Shown here: piece by piece, positions 1 through 11,657 of the stretch
Position numbering within the stretch: the stretch's first letter is position 1
Layout of the letters: every line of letters starts with the position of its first letter
Assembly: GCF_000281045.1 (NCBI RefSeq)
Contig: NW_008246135.1
Location: 38,676-102,675 of the forward strand
DNA length: 64,000 bases
Origin: Saprolegnia diclina VS20
Lineage: Eukaryota
Direction of reading: 5' to 3'
Program-made: the position numbers and the translations under genes
The notes under the pieces: generated by a model
Database searches by the model: none
What the model was told of the DNA's origin: nothing
The model's input: the letters and a program-made list of their open reading frames with translations, nothing else

Positions 1-265
1 CAGCCACAACGCCGGACGCAAGGCCAGTCGCGCCACCACAGAGCATCGCAGTGCCCGACCACAAGGTCGCGCCCGCCACTTGGAGCGTCGCGGCAACGCC
101 ACCGGCAGCATGAATAGTCCCGACGCCCGAGACGACCGTGCCGAAGTACGACATGGCCGTGGGCACTGCGGCGGCGGCAGCGGACGAGGCGAGAAGCGGC
201 GCCGTGACGCCAACGGCCGTCCCGACTGCGCCGGCAATCAGCAAGTTCTTCGTCGTTGGATCCAT
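1..265 (-). CDS. Small Gly/Ala-rich hydrophobic protein, ISG12 (IFI6/IFI27)-like copy 1; 3' end runs off the window
   Basis: Manual translation from ATG at 265: MDPTTKNLLIAGAVGTAVGVTAPLLASSAAAAAVPTAMSYFGTVVSGVGTIHAAGGVAATLQVAGATLWSG...; shares its core with three neighbouring paralogs. Absent from the ORF track because it is truncated by the window edge. Confidence 0.7.
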   Translation of the reverse strand, partial: MDPTTKNLLIAGAVGTAVGVTAPLLASSAAAAAVPTAMSYFGTVVSGVGTIHAAGGVAATLQVAGATLWSGTAMLCGGATGLASGVVA

Positions 266-545
266 CTTTTGAAATGAAGTCGTCGTAAACTTGGCGGACC
301 AGAACCGGAACTCGAAATTATCAAGTTTTAAAGAATGGAAGAAGACAAATGCGCTGGCTTTCGTTCGACTGAGGGATTTGATTGGTACGAAGTATGTATT
401 TCCAGAGGTTAAACATTGCCGTCTTGACATCGAACTGCTGTTGACAAGATTGCCATTGACAGTATTGAGCAAATTTGCTCCAGTAAATGCTATCAATCAC
501 GTTGGGCAGGAGTATTGAATAGACGTAAAGTATCAAGTGGAACTC

Positions 546-824
546 TTACACGGAGATCATTTTCAAAAGTCCGCCGACGAAGCCCGCACCGACACCGGTC
601 GCATCGCCGTAGACGGCAGCGGAGCTCGACCACAAGGCGGCGCTGGCTGCTTGAATCTTCGTAGCGACGCCCGTTGCGCTATGGATCGTTCCGACACCGG
701 CGACAACGGTGCCAAAGGCGAACATGGCTGTGGGCACGCCGGCAGCTGCGCCTGTTGATAGAAGAAGCGGCGTCGTGAGGCTGAGAGCGCCGCCAGCGAC
801 AACCCGAACAGTCATCGTTGCCAT
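546..824 (-). CDS. ISG12-like small hydrophobic protein, copy 2 (most diverged)
   Basis: 92-aa ORF containing VPTAMFAFGTVVAGVGTIHSATGVATKIQ. Confidence 0.7.
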   Translation of the reverse strand: MATMTVRVVAGGALSLTTPLLLSTGAAAGVPTAMFAFGTVVAGVGTIHSATGVATKIQAASAALWSSSAAVYGDATGVGAGFVGGLLKMISV

Positions 825-1124
825 CTCAGAAAACAGAGTATGCGGTGTAGTGCTCTACTTGGCACTCGTATCTGCGCCACAGTGGTTGCGCATAGCATTT
901 GAGAATGCACGCCACCAGCTCGTCATGCTTGTACATGGACTCGGCCGATCGCCATTAATTGCAGTCGGGTGGCTTTGATGCAGGCTTTCACTGCTGATGG
1001 ATGATGCACTTCTTCGTCGCTGGCTCGTTGACCTTGGCGCCAACCGCGACGCTTCGATGAAAGATCGCACTGTTTTATACACCATGTCCTTATGTTTAAA
1101 ACACATTGGAAAGGCCAGGATCGC

Positions 1125-1969
1125 ATGGACGATCTAAATGCCATGTCGCTCGAGGTCTTCCAGTACCTCGGCGCGCACGCTGCAGTCTCGAACCTCGAGC
1201 TCAAGCCGATGCCGGGTGTCGCCATGCACAACATCAGCCTCTGGAACCAAGTACTGCGATTATGCTTATGCTTCCTAAAGTTGAACCACCCTAGCGCAAC
1301 AGCCCCAAGAAGCTACCAGCCGACCTCGTCGCGTTCCTCGCGGCGTCCAACGGCCTCTCGATCAAGTGGCACGCGGTGCTCAACCACAAGTTTTTCGCTC
1401 TCGGGCACTTTAGCATCAACTCGCTTCAGAACATGAAGCGCGTCGACGTCACCTTGGGCGACGCGACCCACGGTGCGTCGAACTCGCCGCCTCTCACTTC
1501 AGCTCGTCGGTAGCGGGCTACGTCCTCGAGTCGTCGAGTACGATGGGCGAAGTGTGCATGGTGTTTGCCGACGATGGTGAAATATGCTGATTGACTACTA
1601 CTGTCCTAAGTCATCCTCCAGCGACGGTAGAGGTGTGGCTCAAAGACCTCACGGACCAGTGGCACTTTTTGGCAAAAACCTTCTCCGACTACTACCGCCT
1701 CATGTACACGACCCTCATCCGAAATTGTGGACATCAAATGGTGTAGGATCGTGCACTTGGGTCTCGTGGGGTGGCAGCTGCTCTTCACGCCCAACGGCCT
1801 CGACCCCGTCACGCTCGTACGCTTCAAATTTGTCTCGTTCTAACCCCCGATGCTGCGGTAGCAATGGTTTCACTTGTTTGTGCCGGGACGCATGCAAGCG
1901 CGCCCGACGGACAAGAACGACGCGACGTCCGGGGACACCAAGGTCACGCTGCTGCCCTTCACGCTCTAA
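1125..1969 (+). CDS. TPGS2: Tubulin polyglutamylase complex subunit 2-like protein (multi-exon)
   Basis: Spliced translation gives LPADLVAFLAASNGLSIKW, GEVCMV, VWLKDLTDQWHFLAKTFSDYYRLM and LGLVGWQLLFTPNGLDP..QWF, matching remembered TPGS2 motifs. Confidence 0.8.
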
Positions 1970-2154
1970 GTCACGAGGAAGTATCACTTGACCACTTCAG
2001 CGATCGAGGAAGACGCTGTATCTCGTTGCGACTGCTTTCACCGTCAATGACTATGGGTGCGATGGCATCTCAGAACGACTTCGTGCATTGACAGTGTTAA
2101 CCAAGCGCGGTCAAGAGAGTGGGAAGCAGAGAGCTTGGGTGTCGCATTATTGAA

Positions 2155-2427
2155 CTACGACTCCACGGGCGTCCAGGCACCCGCAAAGACACCAGACACG
2201 GCGCCTACCGCCCCACCGTAGAGCAGCGCGCTGCTCGAGCCCAAAGCGACACTGGTGGCTTGCAGCGTGGCTGCGATACCACCCGCAGCATGAAGCGTGC
2301 CGACGCCCGAGACAACCGTGCCAAAGTACGACATGGCGGCGGGGACTGCGGCCGCAGCGCCCATGGACGCAAAGAGCGGCGCCGCAACACCGAGCGCACC
2401 GCCTCCAATGATCAAGAACAACGCCAT
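2155..2427 (-). CDS. ISG12-like small hydrophobic protein, copy 3 (90 aa)
   Basis: MALFLIIGGGALGVAAPLFASMGAAAAVPAAMSYFGTVVSGVGTLHAAGGIAATLQ... Confidence 0.75.
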   Translation of the reverse strand: MALFLIIGGGALGVAAPLFASMGAAAAVPAAMSYFGTVVSGVGTLHAAGGIAATLQATSVALGSSSALLYGGAVGAVSGVFAGAWTPVES

Positions 2428-2851
2428 TTTCAAACCAAATTTCAAAGTGAGCAAGCCCGTTCGCTTGCGCAAGTGGGGCGAGCGACAATACAAGAATTCT
2501 GTGGCCCTGTCAAGGCCAAATGCCACGTCCTTTCCCATCCATCAACCGAAAGAATGTGGTTCAGCTAGCTCAAGATTCAAACACCAAGCGCAGCTGACTA
2601 TGTTCGAGCCAACACGTTGGCGGAGTTGCAGCTCATCCATGGGAGGTGGCGCACTGGCCTGGGACAGGGAGATAAGCAGGAGTGCTAGACAAATGCAAAA
2701 TGCCAGGGACGGTAAACGATCTGCTGGGTGGCGCCAACGTCAGCGATGCGATAGAACGCCCATGGAAGAGGGTGGATGGGACAGCATGCGTCGAGCAAAC
2801 ACAAACCTCTGAAAACCAGCGTCAACTGAATTGAAGTAGGAGCGACACGAG

Positions 2852-3124
2852 CTACACCAGTATCGCCGTCCCGACGGCACCCAATGCCCCGCCCACCGAG
2901 CCACCGACGGCGGCGGCGCTGGCCGACCACAAGGCAGCGCTGCCGGCTTGGAGCGTGGCGGCGACACCGCCCGCAGCATGAAGCGTGCCAACACCCGAGA
3001 CAACCGTGCCAAATGTCGACATGGCCCACGGCACCGCAGCGGCAGCGCCCACCGAAAGAAGCAGCGGCGCCGCGACCCCCGCCGCACCCCACCCCGCAAT
3101 CGCATACAACGTCAACAAGCCCAT
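2852..3124 (-). CDS. ISG12-like small hydrophobic protein, copy 4 (90 aa)
   Basis: MGLLTLYAIAGWGAAGVAAPLLLSVGAAAAVPWAMSTFGTVVSGVGTLHAAGGVAATLQ...; same length (273 nt) as copy 3. Confidence 0.75.
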   Translation of the reverse strand: MGLLTLYAIAGWGAAGVAAPLLLSVGAAAAVPWAMSTFGTVVSGVGTLHAAGGVAATLQAGSAALWSASAAAVGGSVGGALGAVGTAILV

Positions 3125-3282
3125 TTGAACACTGTCTCCATCGCAGTCGCGGCGTATGTTGTCCGGACCCATCTAGGATCTGCGAGCCTTGAGGCAAGAC
3201 GTCATTTCTTGTTCCGGCGGTTCTCGGCACGGCTCTCTGCTTTTGTCGGATGGCTATGGACAAAGAACCGAGTGTGTTCACG

Positions 3283-6170
3283 CTATAATGCATCGGCGGT
3301 CGACGGCTCGAGGTAAAAGATCGTCGGGTCCTTGTACGTAAGCTTGGTGTAGTCGTCCAATGTCACCAAGCACGCTTTGCGCTTGATCATGTCGGGCTCG
3401 ATCGAAAACACTTTGCGAACGCAGACAAGCCCTTGGGTTTGGTCGCGCGTGCTATATACAATCTCAGTGTAAATTCTCTGAAAATATTTGGCAAAAAGAC
3501 GCAAGCATACCGTTTGTACAGCTGCACTTTGATGGCAATCGCGTCGTCGGCGTCATATTCGATGCGCATCACTTGGCAAACTTGGTAGCGTAAGTGGTGC
3601 GTCTTGGCCGACGCGGTCGTGTCGACGAGAAGCATTTCACCGACAGCAATTTTGGTTTTCCTACAAAAAATACGATAAAACTACGATCCCACTCTGATTG
3701 TCGCACTTTTCATTCGGAAGACTCACTTCCATGGCTTTGGACACGAGCTTGCCGTCGTTGTTGAAGCGATCGGGGGTAAAATGGGCGTGCTCGAACTCAA
3801 CGACGCGCTACACATCTCAATTGAGCACAGGTTGAAGCAGCATGTACGACCTGCAAGATGATGCACTCGTAGATCCACGCAAAGCGGACGACTGGAATGT
3901 CATAGTCGTTCGCAATCGAACACAACTACGTCCATAGTATGAGGACGTGATCCTTCGCAGCGGCAATTGAGTACATAAGTCTGCTCGTTGGAGATGAGCA
4001 CGTCGACTTTGCCGGCCTTGATCGCTGCTTGCTTGACACCCTATGGATACGACGCACTGTAAGATATGGATGTTGAGAGGACGAGAGAAGATGGCGTCGC
4101 ACCCGAACGACCCCGCGCGCACCACAACCGTCGAGGATGAAGACGGTGGCGTCGGCCAAACCTTGAATACTGTCGCGGTCCTGGAACGAGACGTCGAAGG
4201 GGATGCCAAATCGCAGCTTGCTAAAGAGCTTGGACTAGGGACAAAAATATAAAAATTGCTAACACGATCAGTCAAGGGTACGTTGTGTTCCGGCGCCCGC
4301 ACGGGACTGCGCTTGAGCGTCCACGAGAGACCGGCAGGTATCCAGTACCTACACAACGAAGTGTTCCTAAGCGCAATATGCAATTCGTGCTGCGTACCCC
4401 GCAATGTCGACGATCGACTGTGTCTGAAAACACGCCGCAAGCCAATCCGGGTGTACGATCGGGACGCGGCACACGAGTGCATAGTGAAACTTGAGGCGGC
4501 GGCTGGCCTCGGGCGTCGCAATGACAAAGCATTTGTCTAGTTGCACGTCCATCAAGCCGAACTTGGTGGATTTGCAACGTACTTTCAAGGTCCAGCATGA
4601 CTTCGGGCTTGGACTCGACCTTGCCGCCGTACGCGCGAATTTGGTTCTGGAGCTGCTTGGACGCTGGCACCTCGAAACCCGAGATGAAAAAGTGGTACCG
4701 CTTGTTGAAGAGCTTGGTGCTACGGGACGGATACGCCCGCTTGGCTTCGTGCACAGGTACGGGCGACGGCGTCGACGTTTTGAATCGTTTTCGCGCCGAC
4801 TCGGGGGTCGCCACGGATGTTGCGGCCGGCGTCTTCTGCGGTGTCGTCGACGGCGTGGGTGTACTCACCCGTCGCTTGGACGACGGCTGTTTACAAGGCG
4901 GCGGTGACACCGACGTCGGCGTCGTTGACGGACGATGCGCTGCTTGCTGAAGCACAGCGTCCACAAAGGTCGGCGGGCGTGGCACCGGCGGTCGCACTCG
5001 GTGGTACGGAGAGACGTAGTTGGCGACGTGCAAGCCTGCGTGCAGGGCAGTCGTGGCGATCGCACCGAGGTCTGGCGGACTAAACGGCGTCTCGGGTTGC
5101 GACTGCGACGCGTCGTTTAGAAAATCGAATCGGCGCTGGAGCGTCGGCGCGTCCGACGACTGGCTGTCGGCAAAGTCAAACGACTGCGACGCCGGAGACT
5201 TCTTGTCCGTCGACACAAACTCGTCTTTGAGCCGCCGAACCAGAAAGAGCTTGGGCTGGGGCGCCGACGCTGGCGAGTACGCATCGCTAAGCGTTGCCTG
5301 CACGTCGTCGATCGACTCTTCGACAATGTCGAGCCGCTCGGGATGCGAGTCGGGCGCTGCAGGCGTCGGTGGCACCGAGCTATCGGCGTCGGATTTAGTC
5401 GTAGTTGAGCGTAGCGCTGCTTTGCCGGATGTCGTATCTCGGGCTGGCCCAGCCGGCGTCTTGCTGACCAGCACTGAGGCAGGAGCCGAGTCGTACGGGG
5501 CGAGTTCCGTGGCCTCCATCTCTTCGTCGTACTCGTCCTCGTCTTCCCGGCCGCCATCGATGTCGAGGTCATGATCGTCATCTCGAGCATCGCCGTCATT
5601 TGAAGCGAGTGCAGGCTCTGGAATGAGCGCATTGTGGGCGGGATTTGCCGAGTGGCGTGGTGCCAACGCACCGGGGTCGCCCTGCCACTCGGTCTCATAG
5701 TCGTCGTCGTCCTCATCGATGTCATGAACGTCTTCAACCACTTGGGTCGCCTGGACCTCGTCGCCGTCGCTCCACACATACGTGTCCGTGTCCGATGGCG
5801 GATCCTCCATGAGCTGCGTCTCGTCCGAGATGTGCGTGACGTCGGTAAGATGCGTGACGTCCGTGAGGTTCGTCGTCTCGGTGAGCTGCGTCGAGTCGGT
5901 CAGATGCGTCACGTCCGTCGGCGGCGAGGTCTCGGCAGCTGGAGCGACGGCCACGCACTCCGGTATCGGGGTCATGTACTCGTCGTCGTCCATGGAGTAG
6001 GGGATTCCGCTCTCCTCGGCCGTGCCCAGGCGCAGCGGGAAGACATGGAGCTCGGCCTCCTGCGTCATGGGCGGCGCCTCGATGTAGACGTCGGAAGCAC
6101 TCATGCTCAGGCGCATGCAGCGGTCGTCCTCGTCCTGCGTCGGAAACGTGCTTGGCGGCAAGCGCTCCAT
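3283..6170 (-). CDS. DNA-damage mediator-like protein: acidic TQ-rich disordered N-terminus, tandem BRCT, C-terminal BAH-like domain (multi-exon)
   Basis: BRCT1: KLFNKRYHFFISGF..IRAYGGKV..RRLKFHYALVCRVPIVHPDWLAAC. BRCT2: KLFSKLRFGI..IPVVRFAWIYECI. A 46-nt intron (3661-3706) joins this in frame to IAVGEMLLV..IKRKACLVTLDDY..DPTIFYLE. Confidence 0.7.
5811..5918 (-). repeat. Six coding 18-nt tandem units (TDVTHL/TDSTQL/TETTNL/TDVTHL/TDVTHI/SDETQL)
   Basis: Directly visible in the ORF 4272..6719 translation. Confidence 0.8.
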
Positions 6171-6546
6171 CGCCAACTCCCACGCAAAAGCTTCGCGGGT
6201 CTTGAACGGAACCAATTTTGACCAATCACAAAGTGCTGTTTTATTTGCGGCATATGCCGAATGAAAACTTGCATACCTGCGAGCCATGGGAAACGACGCG
6301 ACCATTGTCGCCACGCGACACCACACGTAGGCACGTACGTCTACGCGTTGCAGTTTATGCTTATGCGCACTGGCTCCGCTGTGTTTTCCATCCGCGTGCA
6401 AACATGGCACCACTACCGGAATGCCGAATTTAAACATGTATAAATGTGGCACGCCAGTTACCGTTGCCGGAAACCGGAGGATGCTTCGCCCTGCGGTCGG
6501 TCCTTTTGCGGTCGCCGGTGGCAGGCTGATGATGCGTCCATGGTAG

Positions 6547-7664
6547 AGCACACGTGACCTTCGGCCAGTGACGCCGGACGCGCCCTTGAGCGACAGCCCA
6601 GAGACGCCCGACCCCGCGGCGCCGCGCCGCCTTGCGCTGCGGCGGCAGTCGTCCGTGACCGTGCCGCATGCCATCAAGTGTCTTTGCAGCAAGCGCCTCG
6701 TGGCCAAGGGCGCCGACACGTCGCTGTGCCCAATGCATTCGATCGACTACATGGCGGCGCTGCCGATAGACCGGCCCAAGCTCGCGTGCATTCCGCCCGA
6801 GGCCAGCATCAAGAGCCTCCCGCCGTTCGTCGTCGGCGAGCACGTCGTGTTGCTCGGCGGCCTCCCATCCTCCTCATCCTCCTCGTCAGCCTCGCCGCCC
6901 AAGTCGCCGCTCAAGAAACTGCTCGCATTCGAGCACTGGCGCAGCACCGTCCGCATCGTGAGCGACGCCACCTACTGCACCGATGGCACGTTCTCCATCG
7001 AGACGTCCGATGGCACCATCTACGATGGCATCTCGAGCATGCGCCTCGAGTCGACGACGAAAGCACCCACGGACGTGACGCCGCGCTACGTCGACAAGCT
7101 CATCTTGAAGCTGGTGCGACTCCCTCGTCAACGATACTAGTCATGCTGGATAAGTATGTGCCAGGGCCGGAACGGCGCCGAGCTCAACGTCCGAGAGCTC
7201 TCGATCGTGCCACCGACAGAGGTATGGCAGTGCTACTACCTTCCCACTCCACCAACTCCAATAGTTGGGGCGCGATGAGCTGGAAGCCATGCTAGCACAG
7301 TACTCGAAACTCATTGCGCTCAAGTACCTCTCGCCCATCAACATGAGCACCGTGCTGTGTCGCCGGTCGGCGCTGTACGCGGCCTTGGGCGAGTACGAGG
7401 CGTCGCTCCAAGACGCAGAGGTCGCGATCGGCCTGCAGCCCAATATGACCAACGTGCGTCGTCAGCTTGCCAGAGGATGCGCCACGCAGTGGCTATGTGT
7501 AGGCTCATTTCCGAAAGGGCGTCGCGCTCGCCAGCCTCGGCGCCTTCCCCGACGCCTGCGTTACGCTCCGACGAGGTCTCGAGGTTGACGGCTCCTGCGC
7601 CCACTTGCGCCACGCCCTCCAAGTGGCCATGGACCATCTGCACCACGCGCCAAAGATGGGATGA
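6547..7664 (+). CDS. TPR-repeat protein (multi-exon; start uncertain, possibly ATG 6733)
   Basis: TPR-like helices VLCRRSALYAALGEYEASLQDAEVAIGLQP and AHFRKGVALASLGAFPDACVTLRRGLEVD; stop TGA at 7662-7664. Confidence 0.7.
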
Positions 7665-8330
7665 GCGCATCTAATGGATCGATCCTCGTGCATCTGTCCA
7701 GGATTCCTCGGGATGCAGGTACATCTGCGACAGGACAGTTGTCCATGCACCGCCGACGCCACTACGGCGCGCTCGGACATTCTACGCGAGGACGCATGCG
7801 GCGCGGTGAGGCTGCGCATGGGCTATGGCCATGGTCATGGGCGGCTACCGCTCGGCGCGGCCGGCGCCCGTTGCCCCGCGGTAGCTTCACCGATGGGATG
7901 GGCAAAATTGTGGAAAATTACGAAAATATTTGCCTACCGTAGGGGTCCGATCCAGGCATTTTTTATCTGTCGTTCCATTTCCACATACCAAATACAAGTA
8001 TAGCGTACTAGAAATGCATTAAAATACGATGGGGACCATCTGGCCACCAACATTCTACGTGGGTACAACAAGCCATCCGATATGCATTTTAACAGGTTTT
8101 ATACAGTAAGAGAGGACGGTAAATGTGAAAAACTCAGTATAAGAGGCTCGAGGTATTATGTGTCAGAGGGTTTTGGCGCAGCGGGTGCCAATAAAATCTC
8201 AGCACCGATCCGACGCTGGCCGCTCGGGCTTCCATTGCCCGACCTCGTGGCGCCAGACGCAAGCATAGCCAGCACATCGCCGACGACTTCGCCTTCAACG
8301 GCCGTCGACGCCACCTCCTCGCTGCCGACC

Positions 8331-11300
8331 ATGCAGCTCTCGCCAGACCACAAGATCATCATGCTCGAGGACGACGAGACGATGGGCCATGGCCCGAATC
8401 GCGGTAGCACTGTGTACCACCCCGACACCGCGCTCGACGTGGCCGAGCTCCGCGCGAACCGACGGCCTAGCCACCGCATGTCGATCGTTGAGATGACCGA
8501 GCGCATTCCGCGCTTCGTCCTCGGCCTCGCCTACACGCGCAACTCGTTCTTCGCCAAGAAGCTGCTGCTTTTTGGCCTTGGCATCCTCGCCGTCGACGTA
8601 CTCGCGATCGTTTACTACTACCAAACGATCGACGAGGACTTTGGCGTCTCGACCAAGAGCGCGGGCTGCGCCGACTGGGTCGAGTTTGCCTTCCTTGTCT
8701 ACAGCACTGCGCCGTTCATCCTGCTCCTCTTCCTCCCGGCGACAGGCATCCGCGTCTTCGAGCTCTTTGCGCGCAAGAATCGATCGCATTTCGAACCGTC
8801 GGCCAAAGTCAAGTTCAAGGTCACGCGCACATGGTACCTCCAGTTTTGCGAGGTAGACAGCCTGATCTTCCATGTCTATACATCCACATCGATTAGGTCA
8901 TTGTCGTGCTGCTCTTGCTCTACAGCTTCTACCTCTTCCTCGTCGCGCTCGACATGCTCCTTGGCGACGAGACGTTTCAATGCAACGTGCCCGCGCCGCT
9001 GCTCTACTCGTGCATTGCCTTCCTCGTCTTCTTCTCGATCCCTGCGTACATTGCGGTCTTTACGCGCTTCCGCGAGCACATCAAGATGCAGCTCGGCGCG
9101 TACAAGGAGTCGAGTCAGACGGGCGACGTGCGGTCCCACTTGGCATCGGCGAAAAGCGCCAAAGGCCGGATCCGCAAGGCGCTCTACAAGGCCGCCGAAC
9201 ACTGCAACCTCGACGCCCTCGACGAAGCACTGCACGACGCGCGGTCGCTCCTCGGCCAGAACTTTGCGCAGCGCATGTACGCGTCGACGAAGCTCCATTT
9301 CGGGTTCTGGTCCATGTCCAAGAAGAACCCCGTGCACGTGGCGGCCGGTCTCGGCGACAACACGGCGCTCGCTGCGCTCAGCAACGCCGGGTTTGACCTC
9401 AACGCGCTCGATAAGGTCGCCCGTGTTCGCTTTAGCACGTCAGATTTGTTTTGGTTCTTCGCGCGCTTCATCGTGTCGAGGCCGTGGGTCGCCACGGACG
9501 GCGACCGCCACAGCAAGGCGACGCTCATGTCGCCGCTGCACTGCGCGGTCGCGACCTCCCAAATCGAGACGGTCCGGTGGCTCGTCGAGGTCAAGAAGGT
9601 CGATGTCAACGTCATGTCGCAGTCGCCGTTCCGTGCTGACCGCCTCCCGCCCCTCTTCCTCGCTGAGCACCCGAAAATTGTCGAGATTTTACTCTCGGCG
9701 GGCGCCAACCACCTCGCCGTGCCAGATCCCGGGTACGCATCATAGTCTTTTTTGTGGTTTAGTAGAGAGCGGGGTTAGGTATGTCAACTGCATCACGGCC
9801 CTCGAGCTGGCGTACCTTCGGGAGAACTACGCGGTCTGCGCCGTGCTGGAAGACTGGGGCAGCGACGTGGCGCTCACTCCCATGCACTCGGCGGCCGCGA
9901 CCGGCAACATGACCAAGTATGTAGCGCTGTACCCTGTACTTGAGTGTGCGAAAATGAGTTCTTAGGCTGCAGCAGTTTCTCAAGATGCAAGTGGACCCGA
10001 ATTGCTTGGGCGAGCACGGCTACATTGGCGTCAAATGCCGCACGCCGTTGCACTGGGCAGCGATCAACGGCCAGTGGTCGTGCGCGTCGCTGCTCTTGGC
10101 GGGCGGCGCCGACCCCGATTTCCAAGACGACCTCGGGCGCTCGCCGTTGCACTGGGCCGTGCGCAACAACAAGCTCGACGTCGTCCGCATTCTTGTCGAC
10201 CACCATTGCAACGTCAACCTCCTCGACAAGAAGGGCATGACGCCAATCATCTGCGCTGCGTTTGCCGAGCGCGTCGACCCTGAGCTGCTCAAGGTATTGT
10301 CTTATTGTCATGTGTAGGAGGATACATAACTTTGTTATCGTCTAGCTGCTCGTGGCCAAGGGGGCCAACATCAACTACCAAATGAAGTCGAACGGCGACT
10401 CGGCGCTGCACCTCGCGATCAAGCATGAGAAGCAAGAGACCGCGATCTCGCTCGTACGCGTGCAGTAACGCTGCATGCGACTGACAGATTTGCCGGCCGT
10501 AGGTGAGCTGCGGCGCCAACATCATGTGCACCAACAACGCCAGCTTCCGTGCGATCGACATTGCGACCTCGACCGCGCTGCAATTCGCCATCAAGTCGGC
10601 GGCCGGGCACCGCGACGTCATGATCAGCTACACGCATTCCCATGCCGAGTTTGCGCTCAAGTTGCGCAAGTCGCTCGAGGCGAGCAACATCACGGCGTGG
10701 CTCGACACGATGGACCCGAGCGGCATTGGCGGTGGGTCGGTCTGGCGCGAAGAAATCGCCAAGGGCATTGCAAATGCGACGCTCCTTGTCGCGATCCTCA
10801 CGGACGATTACACCAAGTCCGAGTGGTGCTTGAAAGAGCTTGCGTGCGCCAAGCAAGTAGGCACGCCGGTATTGCCCATCTCGACCGAGCACGTCCGCCT
10901 CAACGAAGAGCTCCAAGTGTACCTCTACACGCGGCAGATCGTGCCGTTCGAGCCAGCGATCACGGCCATCAACAACAAGAACCCGCGCAGCATCACGTAT
11001 GCGTACAACGACGAGGCGTACAACACGCAGTTCCGCCTCCTTCTCGACGGCATCCGCGACGAAGTCGAGAAGAAGCGCAAGCAAGTGGCGCTGCGGCCCT
11101 TGGAAACCATGAGCCCGACCAACGGCGGGGCGTTCGAGAACCACAGCCTTGCGTTCGGCTTGAGCAGCCCGAGCGGCAATAGCCCCAGCACGTTTCAGGA
11201 CACGAAATTTGTGTTTATTGCGCACGGCGACTGCCACCGCAACTTTGTCAAGCGCATCTACCACGAGCTCACGACGACGAAGCGCGTGCCCGTCTACCTG

Positions 11301-11657
11301 GACCTCAAGACCAAAACCGACATGGCGGCGCGGGTCCATGCGGCAAAAGAAGCCATTCTGCGCTGCGCGTGCGTCATTGTCGTTCTCTCAAGCAAGAGCG
11401 CCAAGAACGAGATGCTCAACGACCAGCTCGCGTTTGCCGAAGACAAGGGCAAACCCATCTTCCCAGTGGTGCTCCACACGGAGTTCACAGCACTGCCGCC
11501 CAACCAAATGTACTCGCTCTCGCGCGCGCCAATGCACCATTTTGCGCTCGACCTCGGGTTTGCAACGTCGTTTGAGCAGCTCTTGCACGACCTCAGCCCC
11601 CACGTGGCGGCCGACCGCCCGAGCCTCGTCGACGACGACGACTATGGCATTGTGTAA
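8331..11657 (+). CDS. Four-transmembrane + ankyrin-repeat + tandem TIR-domain protein (multi-exon)
   Basis: Four hydrophobic helices; ankyrin motifs NPVHVAA, SPLHCAV, TPMHSAA, TPLHWAA, SPLHWAV, SALHLAI; TIR1 DVMISY..WLD..WREEI..SEWCLKEL; TIR2 FVFIAH..VYLD..CVIVVLS..LNDQLAFAEDKGKPIFPV. Confidence 0.85.

Noticed and set aside
8082..8330. Upstream extension of the 627-aa ORF
   Set aside because: Composition is not coding-like; ATG 8331 is the more plausible start, and the ORF's 3' half is off-frame after an intron
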